From: Candidatus Woesearchaeota archaeon
Lineage (GTDB): Archaea > Nanobdellota > Nanobdellia > Woesearchaeales > UBA525
NCBI GenBank assembly: GCA_027371725.1
Contig: DAHXMN010000001.1
Coordinates: forward strand, 400 to 64,399
Length of the DNA: 64,000 nucleotides
Direction: 5' to 3'
Under the pieces are notes generated by a model. The model searched no databases. It was not told the origin of the DNA and saw only the letters and a list, made by a program, of their open reading frames with translations. Position numbers and translations under genes: made by a program. Shown here in pieces: positions 56,450 to 64,000 of the stretch (positions are counted from its first letter, which is position 1; the number at the start of each line of letters is the position of its first letter).

Positions 56450-58132
56450 TCATTCGTTCTTCCCGCTCTTTTTCCCGCTCTTTCTTCTCTTCCTTCCCGG
56501 TCCTCTGCCGTTCTTCCGGTCGCCCCGTCGGATCAGCCGGTCGCCGCGGGCGATCTCCCGGTGCAGCTCGGTCACGACTGCCTCGACCGGGTAGAAGCCG
56601 TGCCGCAGCAGGCCGGACGATGCCTCGAGCAGACGGTCGACGCGGTAGAAACCCGGCTTCGGCAGCGGCCGCCGCAACGCCTGCTCGACGGGGTAGAACC
56701 CCTGCTTGAGGAGCATCCCGGTCACGGTGAACGGCAGCGCCAGCCCCCTGACGAGCGGCTTCAGCGGCCGCGGCGCCTGGATTTCGAGGCGGTGGATCGC
56801 GCCCATCGTCGGCCCGACCGAGATGACATGGAAGAGCAACCGTTCGTACGAGATGCGCCGCACCTGCCGTATCTCCTTGAGCCGGGGCAGGTAGACGACC
56901 ATCACCGCCGCCCGCAGCAGGCCGCTCACGAGGAAGACGAGCAGGTAGGAGGACCAGAAGACGTGGTTGTAGCTGACGAGGAGGCCGCCGAGCACCGCAC
57001 CCAGGAAGATGAAGGTGCCGTTCAGCACGTTATAGTATGCGAGGAGCGACGTCCTCCTCCTGGGCTCGGCAGTGTCGAGGAGGAAGGTGAAGGAGGTCAG
57101 TTCCAGCCCCGCCCAGACGAAGCCCGAGTACGCTTGGATGAGGAGCAGGTACCAGATCTGCGTGGAGAAGAGCCAGAGGACCGGGACGAGCGGCATCATC
57201 GCCGCTGAGAGGACGAGCACTTTCCGCGCCCCGTACTTGTCGGCGGCCTTCCCCCAGACGGGCATCAATGCGTACTTGACGCCGAGCGCCGCCGCCGTGA
57301 CGATGGTGAACGTGAAGTAGCTCATCCGGAGGTCGTCCAGCATGTACGCCGCGAAGAACGGCGAAGCGAGATAGACTGCGAAATTCATCGCTGAGAGGAA
57401 GAGGACGAGGAGCCCGTAGTTCGTGCGTCGCGCCCCTTTCAGGAAGGAGATGAAGCCGTCGCGCTCCTCCTGCTCCGGCGGCCGGCATGGCTCGTGTTGA
57501 CGGATGAGGAAGGAGATGGAAACCACGCGCGCGAGGAGCGCGATCCCGAAGAGGAGCAGGAAGCCCGAATAGGCTGCCTGGTTGTCCTGGAAGATCTGGA
57601 GGATGAGGCCGCCGCCGAGGAAGGCGAGGAAGGTGATGGTGCCGACCACCTTGTTCCGCTTGCCGAAATAGATGCCGCGCTCATTCTCCTCGACGAGGTC
57701 GCCCATCCAGCTCCCCCACGCCGGGCTGACGAGAAGCCCGAAGATGAAGTAGGCGCTCACGGTGGCAATCAGCGCGACGACGCTGAACCTGCCGGCGAGG
57801 AAGACGAGGCCGATCGGGATGAGCATCAGGCCCTGCAGGGACGCGCCGGTCACCACCAACCGCTTCCGCGTCCCGAAGAGCTTCACCAAGCGGTTGCTGA
57901 AGAGCTGCGCGAGAGAGCCGAGGAACTGGGGCAGCGAGCCGAGCAGGCCGAGCTGGACGTCCGTCGCCTTGAGGAGGATGGCGAAGACGGAGTAGAACGA
58001 TTCGGCCAAGCCGACCATCACCGCGTAGAACGATCCGTCGAAGACCGAGAGCGTCCGCCCCTGCTTGCGGTTCTGCCGCTCCTGTTTGAGCGTCCGTTTC
58101 GGTTCGACGTCCTCCTTCCGTGGTCTTGTCAT
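56450..58132 (-). CDS. MFS transporter with an unusual cytoplasmic C-terminal tail (three GFYPVE repeats plus a basic terminus)
   Basis: 12-TM MFS core. Tail ...GFYPVEQ...GFYRVDR...GFYPVEA...RKRRKSGKKSGKNE. Confidence 0.7.
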   Translation of the reverse strand: MTRPRKEDVEPKRTLKQERQNRKQGRTLSVFDGSFYAVMVGLAESFYSVFAILLKATDVQLGLLGSLPQFLGSLAQLFSNRLVKLFGTRKRLVVTGASLQGLMLIPIGLVFLAGRFSVVALIATVSAYFIFGLLVSPAWGSWMGDLVEENERGIYFGKRNKVVGTITFLAFLGGGLILQIFQDNQAAYSGFLLLFGIALLARVVSISFLIRQHEPCRPPEQEERDGFISFLKGARRTNYGLLVLFLSAMNFAVYLASPFFAAYMLDDLRMSYFTFTIVTAAALGVKYALMPVWGKAADKYGARKVLVLSAAMMPLVPVLWLFSTQIWYLLLIQAYSGFVWAGLELTSFTFLLDTAEPRRRTSLLAYYNVLNGTFIFLGAVLGGLLVSYNHVFWSSYLLVFLVSGLLRAAVMVVYLPRLKEIRQVRRISYERLLFHVISVGPTMGAIHRLEIQAPRPLKPLVRGLALPFTVTGMLLKQGFYPVEQALRRPLPKPGFYRVDRLLEASSGLLRHGFYPVEAVVTELHREIARGDRLIRRGDRKNGRGPGRKRRKSGKKSGKNE

Positions 58133-58352
58133 GGCTATGGGACGTTGCGAGAGAGCAAGTTAAAATGGTTTCGGAGAGTCCTTAAGCCGTCCTACGCACG
58201 GAAAGGGTGTAACCACCATCGAATCCGTGTTGGCCCGGAATGCCGCCATCAGACGTTCCCGAGCGGTGAATCGCTTTGCCCTGCAGGGGAGAATTCGCGG
58301 CGATACTTACTTCTTACTCGGAATGCCACTTATCCGATGCTGAAGGGAATCC

Positions 58353-58775
58353 TCACTTGATCCGTTCCAGGAGTATCGTCGGGCATGTTCGCGTCACACC
58401 GGGCGTCTGTTCGACGCGTTTGACGAACGCCACGAGTTCGTCGCTGCTCGCGAACCGGCAGGAGAGGACAAGCATGTGGTCGCCGGTCGCACTCCATGCG
58501 TCCCGCACCTCGGGCCAGTCCTTCGCGAGGTGGCGGATCCGGATGTACGCCTCGGGCGCGGCGTCCACACCGACGTGCGCCAAGACGTAGCCGCCGGCCT
58601 TCTTCGGGTCCAGCTCGATCGAGTACTTGGCGATGATGCCCTCTCCCTCGAGCTGCTTCACACGTTTCCTGACCGCGGCCTCGCTCGTCCCGAGCCGTTT
58701 CGCCATCTCGACAAAACTGGCACGTCCATCCTTCTCGAGGAGCTGCAGCAGCTCATTAGAGGAAATTCGAACCAT
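58353..58775 (-). CDS. Lrp/AsnC-family transcriptional regulator
   Basis: MVRISSNELLQLLEKDGRASFVEMAKRLGTSEAAVRKRV... Confidence 0.75.
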   Translation of the reverse strand: MVRISSNELLQLLEKDGRASFVEMAKRLGTSEAAVRKRVKQLEGEGIIAKYSIELDPKKAGGYVLAHVGVDAAPEAYIRIRHLAKDWPEVRDAWSATGDHMLVLSCRFASSDELVAFVKRVEQTPGVTRTCPTILLERIK

Positions 58776-58874
58776 AAACTTTATATATTCGTATTGATTT
58801 ATATATTTATCGGAAGGGGTGGTTCTTAAAGTGATAAGAATCGCAACGAAGACCCCTTGCACAGAGGTGCGACC

Positions 58875-59438
58875 ATGATCGCCATAGGCGAACAGATGCC
58901 GGAACTCGGGCTCGAGATCTTCCAGAACGACAAGACCAAAAAAACGACGCTGCAGGACTACAAGGGCAAATGGCTCGTCCTCCTCTTCTACCCTGCAGAC
59001 TTCACGTTCGTCTGCCCGACCGAGCTGGAGGAGGCAGCGGAGCATTACGCCGAGTTCCAGAAGGAAGGTGCGGAGATCGTCAGCGTCAGCACAGACACCG
59101 TCTTCGTCCACAAGGCGTGGCACGACCACTCGAAAGCGATCAAGAAGATCGCCTACCCCATGGCCGCCGACCCGACAGGGAGACTCTGCCGCGCGTTCGG
59201 CACGTACCTAGAGAACGAGGGCGTCTCGCTCAGGGGAACGTTCATCATCGACCCTGACGGCAAGCTGATCGCGATGGACATCCACGACAACTCGATCGGC
59301 CGGAACACCGAAGAGATCCTCCGCAAGCTGCAGGCCGCGAAGTTCGTCCGCGAGAACAAGGGGCTGGTCTGTCCCGCATCGTGGAAGCCGGGCGGCAAGA
59401 CGCTCAAGCCAGGCATGGATCTCGTCGGCAAGATATGA
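58875..59438 (+). CDS. peroxiredoxin (AhpC/Prx1 type)
   Basis: FTFVCPTEL peroxidatic Cys motif. Confidence 0.85.
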   Translation: MIAIGEQMPELGLEIFQNDKTKKTTLQDYKGKWLVLLFYPADFTFVCPTELEEAAEHYAEFQKEGAEIVSVSTDTVFVHKAWHDHSKAIKKIAYPMAADPTGRLCRAFGTYLENEGVSLRGTFIIDPDGKLIAMDIHDNSIGRNTEEILRKLQAAKFVRENKGLVCPASWKPGGKTLKPGMDLVGKI

Positions 59439-59607
59439 GTATCCCAATAAGGGATTACCGTCCGCGTTTCCGTCGCGACAAAAAGGATCGTTGTTTTCCC
59501 CTCCGCCGCAACCGCGTCTTCACGGAGAGCGCAGAGCATCGTTCCTCCGCCAAGGCGACGGGGACGCCGAAGACGCAGAACACATCGACACAACCGAGGT
59601 GAACACC

Positions 59608-60222
59608 ATGGGATACCCGCATACGATACCTGACCTGCCGTACGCGTACGACGCGCTCGAACCCTACATCGACGCGGCGACGATGCACGAGCACCACGAC
59701 AAGCACCACCAGGCCTACGCGAACAACCTGAACAAGGCTCTGGAATCGCTGCCGGAACTGCAGAAGCTCTCTGTCGAGCAGCTCCTCAGAACACTCGACG
59801 AGGTGCCTGAAGCGAGCCGCACCGCCGTCAGGAACCACGGCGGCGGCGTCTGGAACCACAGCTTCTTCTGGCCCGTGATGGGGAAGTCCGGCACGAAGCC
59901 CGAAGGCGCGCTCAAGACCGCGCTCGAGCAGGCGTTCGGCTCCTATGATGCGTTCAAGGAGGCGTTCACGAAGGCGGCGATGGGCCGGTTCGGCAGCGGC
60001 TGGGCGTGGCTCGTCCTCGACAAGGGGAAGCTCGCGATCATGAGCACCGCGAACCAGGACAGCCCGATCAACGAAGGCAAGGCCCCGCTGCTCTGCATCG
60101 ACGTCTGGGAGCACGCGTACTACCTCAAGTACCAGAGCAAACGGGCGGCGTACGTCGAGGCGTTCTTCAACGTCATCAACTGGAAGAAGGTCGCGGAGCA
60201 CTACGCCGCCGCGAAGAAGTGA
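59608..60222 (+). CDS. sod: Fe/Mn superoxide dismutase
   Basis: MGYPHTIPDLPYAYDALEPYID...HHDKHH... Confidence 0.9.
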   Translation: MGYPHTIPDLPYAYDALEPYIDAATMHEHHDKHHQAYANNLNKALESLPELQKLSVEQLLRTLDEVPEASRTAVRNHGGGVWNHSFFWPVMGKSGTKPEGALKTALEQAFGSYDAFKEAFTKAAMGRFGSGWAWLVLDKGKLAIMSTANQDSPINEGKAPLLCIDVWEHAYYLKYQSKRAAYVEAFFNVINWKKVAEHYAAAKK

Positions 60223-60526
60223 ATATCCTACGACAGACTCCTTCGCATCACCGCCATAAAACCCTTTCCCATCAGCATTTTTCACTTTTTTCCACGACTG
60301 GCATCGCCGCTACCTTGGCACGATTGACGGGCGCGAACATGGCCGAGTGTTTCGAGACGCGTGTTCGAAGAACACGAGGACCGGGAACGACGCGAAGCGG
60401 CGTGACTGAGGCCATAATCGTGAGCGTCCGACGATCGCCCCGAGCTGAGCGAGGACAACTAGGCCGTAGCGGTGATGCACCAACGCATTTTAACATTTTC
60501 ATACAACTCAGCCCATGAGGTGAACC

Positions 60527-60997
60527 ATGATCGAGGTCGGGAAGAAGGCGCCGGCGTTCGCGCTGCCGGACCAGGATGGGAAGACGATCACGCTCGACAG
60601 CCTGAAAGGGAAATGGGCGGCGCTCTACTTCTACCCGAAGGACGACACGCCGGGCTGTACGATCGAAGGAATCGAGTTCAGCGCGCGCCAGACGGAATTC
60701 AAGGAGATCGGGGCGGTCGTCTACGGCATCTCGGGCGACGACGCGAAGAGCCACTGCGCCTTCCGGGCGAAGCACAAGCTAGGGATTCCGCTCCTCACCG
60801 ACAAGGACAAGAAGATGATGAAACAATACGGCGCGTTCAAGGAGAATCTGCTCTACGGACGCTCCTTCCTCGGCATCGTCCGCTCCACCGTCCTGCTCGA
60901 CCCGCAGGGCAAGATCGTCCACCGCTGGCCGAAGGTCAACGCGCAGGGCCACGCCGAGCAGGTCCTCAAGAAGCTCGGGGAACTGCAAAACAAATAA
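60527..60997 (+). CDS. bcp: thiol peroxidase Bcp (peroxiredoxin Q)
   Basis: FYPKDDTPGCT. Confidence 0.85.
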   Translation: MIEVGKKAPAFALPDQDGKTITLDSLKGKWAALYFYPKDDTPGCTIEGIEFSARQTEFKEIGAVVYGISGDDAKSHCAFRAKHKLGIPLLTDKDKKMMKQYGAFKENLLYGRSFLGIVRSTVLLDPQGKIVHRWPKVNAQGHAEQVLKKLGELQNK

Positions 60998-61115
60998 TAA
61001 TCAAAAACATTAAAACGAGTAATGAGTAATGATTGACAAAAAATAACGCAATGATTGACAAATACGAATAACGAATAATAACTACTACAAATAATAACGG
61101 AAGGAAGGTGAACCC

Positions 61116-61301
61116 ATGAAGAAGAACGTCGGAACGACAGACAAGGTCGTCAGGGTCGTGCTCGGCCTCGCCATCATCGCGCTCGGCATCTACTACGGCA
61201 GCTGGTGGGGCCTCCTCGGCCTCATCCTGCTCGCCACGGCGGCATTCAGCTGGTGCGGGCTCTACGCGCTCTTCGGCATCAGCACGACGAAGGCGAAATG
61301 A
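61116..61301 (+). CDS. DUF2892 (YgaP-like) small membrane protein
   Basis: 61 aa with two TM helices. Confidence 0.5.
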   Translation: MKKNVGTTDKVVRVVLGLAIIALGIYYGSWWGLLGLILLATAAFSWCGLYALFGISTTKAK

Positions 61302-61322
61302 GCCGCCTCTCCGGGAAGGCCC

Positions 61323-61880
61323 TCAACGGCGCCGGAGCCGCGTCCCCGTCTTGAGATAAGACGGCATGATGCCCGGTTCATGAGGTTCGAGACGCGCTTT
61401 CAGATAATCCATGACCCTCTCCGGAGAGACGTGGACAAGGAAGCCGAGAGGGCGCATCTTATCTTCCCTTGCGGGATCGAACAAGGTGAGGTCGGTCGCC
61501 AGGGCGCGGACCGTATAGGGATCGATCATGATCGGTGCCTCACGGGGCATCCAGTCTCCGCCGTTGCCGACGCAGTAGACTGCGTTCGGCGCCTCGATAC
61601 GCAGATGGTCGGACAGCACTCCATCCTCCCTCAGCCGGGGCACCAGCACCATCGTCTCGGGCCTGAGAGCGGCAAGCCAGAGCGTCTGGATGGGCCGCTG
61701 ATGGGTGTAGCCGCCTCTCCAATCGCTCACTTTCTGCTCGACCAGAAGGACGTTCATCTTCATAGCCTTCGCGGTCTCGAGGTCCTTGCCGAGCTGTCTG
61801 AGGCGCCGATCGAGGCTTTCCAATTGATAGTTGCTGCTCAGCGTTCCTGCCATTGTGCCTCGCGAAGAGACAACGCACAT
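61323..61880 (-). CDS. hypothetical protein
   Basis: 185 aa. The start may be the internal MAGTLSS. Confidence 0.4.
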   Translation of the reverse strand: MCVVSSRGTMAGTLSSNYQLESLDRRLRQLGKDLETAKAMKMNVLLVEQKVSDWRGGYTHQRPIQTLWLAALRPETMVLVPRLREDGVLSDHLRIEAPNAVYCVGNGGDWMPREAPIMIDPYTVRALATDLTLFDPAREDKMRPLGFLVHVSPERVMDYLKARLEPHEPGIMPSYLKTGTRLRRR

Positions 61881-62015
61881 ATAATGATTTCTATAAATGA
61901 GTAGTAAAAGACAAGCATTCCTGGTATGGACCTGACCGGAGAATGGCGCATAGTAGAAACAGAGTCTTTATAAAACTCCCCCTGTTGCCACCGGCATCAG
62001 CAGTCAGGTGATAGT

Positions 62016-62303
62016 ATGGGTACGATCAAGGGGGCGCAGGCCAACCAGAACCTCACGCTCGACGCAGTCCAAGTGACGAAGAAGGGCGACATCCGTGAAT
62101 TCAGCCGATACGGCAAGCTCGGCCGCGTCTGTACCTGCAAGGTCAAGGATGCGAGCGGCGAGATGGACCTCACCCTCTGGAACGATGAGGTGGACGCGGT
62201 CGAGGAAGGCCAGAAGATTAAGCTGACCGACGGCTGGTGCAAGGAATGGAACGGCAACCTCCAGGCCAGCACGGGCAAGAACGGCAAGATCGAGAAGCTG
62301 TAA
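62016..62303 (+). CDS. small OB-fold-like nucleic-acid-binding protein
   Basis: 95 aa with ...RVCTCKVKDASGEMDLTLWNDEV... Confidence 0.4.
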   Translation: MGTIKGAQANQNLTLDAVQVTKKGDIREFSRYGKLGRVCTCKVKDASGEMDLTLWNDEVDAVEEGQKIKLTDGWCKEWNGNLQASTGKNGKIEKL

Positions 62304-62849
62304 ACGCGTTTCGCCATTCTTCAATCATCTCCTCGTATCCCGAGGATAGGAACAAATAGGGGGACGCAACACCCCGATTTGATGAAGAAGCCGGACATCG
62401 CGGCCTCGTGCCGGACGACCGAGACGTGGAGAGCGCCCTGAAGGCGGATGTAAGCGACGACGGGGAATGCCACTTCCAACGGGGGTGGAAGACCTTGTCT
62501 GGCCGGCGTTGGAAGAGGGTCGAGCCCAGTGACGCCGAGCTCGGCGAGATCCTTCTCGTCCGCAGTGGCGGACCGGAGAAGACCGCGTTCTTCCACAGCT
62601 ACGACGGCCAGGAGCGCAAGACAACCGCGCCCGGATATGGATGAACCGGAGCAACGGCCACTGCACGTTCAAGGTGAAGGAATGCGTCAAGAGCCTCTCT
62701 GTCAGCGAGCAGCACGTCCTCCAGACGTCGCAGCAGCACGTCATCGCCCGATGAGCCTCACGCTCTGACTCAAGCCGATTCTTGAATCATCCAACAGATA
62801 TATAAAGAATCCTTCCTCTTCCTCAATCAAAAAAACGTGGGGTGAAACC

Positions 62850-63275
62850 GTGTACCTCCAGAGACTGAAGCAGTATTCTGCGTGGAGCCCGCTCGCAATC
62901 AGGGTCCTCGCAGGCATCATTTTCATCATGACTGGCTACATGAAGCTGAGCAACATCGCCGGTACGACGGCGCAGTTCATCAAGTGGGGCATCCCGCTCG
63001 CGGGCGTCGCGGTCTGGATCGTCGGAATCGTGGAACTGCTCGGCGGCATCGCGCTCATCATCGGCATAGGGACGCGCTGCGCCGCGCTCCTTCTCGGGAT
63101 CGTGATGCTCGTCGCCTCGATCGTGATGATCAGCCTCAACGGCCTGCCCGGCGCGATGACGCCGCTCTTCGGCTTCGCCGCCATGTTCAGCGTTCTCTTC
63201 ACGGGCGCAGGCGCGCTCTCGGTGGAGAAGCGCTTCTGCAAGAACAAGGACGCTGCCACGAAGGCGACGAAGTAA
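62850..63275 (+). CDS. DoxX-family membrane protein
   Basis: ...LAGIIFIMTGYMKL... Confidence 0.7.
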   Translation: MYLQRLKQYSAWSPLAIRVLAGIIFIMTGYMKLSNIAGTTAQFIKWGIPLAGVAVWIVGIVELLGGIALIIGIGTRCAALLLGIVMLVASIVMISLNGLPGAMTPLFGFAAMFSVLFTGAGALSVEKRFCKNKDAATKATK

Positions 63276-63426
63276 GACGAGCGTCAGGAAACCTTTTTTT
63301 CCGGTTTCTTCTTGTTCATTATTCATGACTATCTCGGGTTTCAGCCGGAGGGATGTCGTCGCAGAGCGGCGATGCTGGCAAGGCCGACGATCACCCTCAT
63401 AAGGCTGCAGGCGTTCTGTCGCAAGA

Positions 63427-64000
63427 TCATGATGGTTTCTTGCCGCGCCGGCCGAAACCGCTCCCTTCAGGGCGGGAGGGTTCATTCCCTGATTCTTCCT
63501 CTTCCTTCCGGCCCGGGACAGGCGCCGCTTCCGGCGCCGCCGCGCTCCTCCGGGTGAAGAGCCGCGCAGTCCATGTCGCCGCCGATCGCGCCTGCTGCTT
63601 CGCGTCGAGGAACTTGAAGAGATAGACCGTGCGCCAGAGCCACCACGCGAAGAACCCGTTGAGGAAGAGCGTACCGAGCGGGGTGGAGAGTTCGCCGACC
63701 GCGTTCCGCTGGCCGAGCGAGACGAGCGTCCCGCGGGAGCGGTACACGAACGTCCGGGTCTTCTTGCCGTCCATCGACGCGAGGATGTTCTCCGCGACGA
63801 CGGCCGCCTGCTGCACTGCGGCCTGCGCCAGGGCGGGCGTTCGGGGCAGCTTGAGCGCGGGGTCGTACATCGCGGCGTCGCCGAGCGCGAACGCGCCGGG
63901 CAGGCCGTTGACGGCGAGGTCCTGGCCGGTGACGTAACACCGCTGCCCGGCAGAATCTGGCGACAAGGGCACTTTGGCCGGCGTGATGCCTGCCACCCAG
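63427..64000 (-). CDS. NAD(P)H/FAD-dependent oxidoreductase (type II NADH dehydrogenase-like), C-terminal part; the 5' end lies beyond the window
   Basis: ...GDAAMYDP...AQAAVQQAAVVAENI... is typical of the NDH-2 C-terminus. Confidence 0.6.
   Translation of the reverse strand, partial: WVAGITPAKVPLSPDSAGQRCYVTGQDLAVNGLPGAFALGDAAMYDPALKLPRTPALAQAAVQQAAVVAENILASMDGKKTRTFVYRSRGTLVSLGQRNAVGELSTPLGTLFLNGFFAWWLWRTVYLFKFLDAKQQARSAATWTARLFTRRSAAAPEAAPVPGRKEEEESGNEPSRPEGSGFGRRGKKPS

Noticed and set aside
1-64000. CRISPR arrays, IS elements or transposases, and rRNA genes
   Set aside because: I found no regularly spaced short repeats, no DDE/HTH transposase-like ORFs and no rRNA-like conserved blocks on reading both strands. 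The only repeats seen are the att-associated and duplicated-module repeats, plus the short AT-rich direct repeats at 61017 and 61049 reported in the findings.

Overview
The window is GC-rich (about 65%) archaeal chromosome: it carries EndoQ, RNA polymerase subunit Rpo11/L, deoxyhypusine synthase, a TFB-like gene and two intron-containing or intron-free tRNA-Gln genes. Most of it is ordinary housekeeping, transporter and stress-response genes. The interval 8715..36060 is accessory DNA. (1) An integrated element of about 21.9 kb sits at the 3' end of tRNA-Gln(CTG). It is bounded by a perfect 17-bp direct repeat (CCGGGCGGGGCTATTAT) at 8715..8731 and 30614..30630, with a tyrosine integrase immediately inside the left repeat. 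The element carries two small RHH proteins, its own TFB homologue, a conjugation-like module (VirB4-like ATPase, a heavily N-glycosylated polytopic membrane protein, a pilin-like protein), and an apparently exonuclease-dead family-B DNA polymerase next to an SRAP/YedK-type peptidase. It also carries a tightly overlapping, operon-like gene set that I regard as the most interesting candidate system in the window: a C5-cytosine MTase, a DndE-like/AlbA_2 fusion, a DndD/SMC-like ATPase, a 66-aa protein, a PLD-nuclease/SF2-helicase fusion and a beta-class N6/N4 MTase. (2) A second, decayed, integrase-less element (30614..36060) is inserted in tandem. It is delimited by a degenerate third copy of the att core and by about 150-bp right-end repeats, and it shares a duplicated 0.5-kb module and a paralogous small ORF with element 1. 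Its cargo is ArsR-SHOCT-DUF302-DsrE-EamA. A second tRNA-Gln(TTG) with a canonical 28-nt intron is followed by an AT-rich 1-kb remnant carrying a frameshifted AlbA_2 gene. All calls are from reading the sequence and recalled family motifs. No database searches were run.
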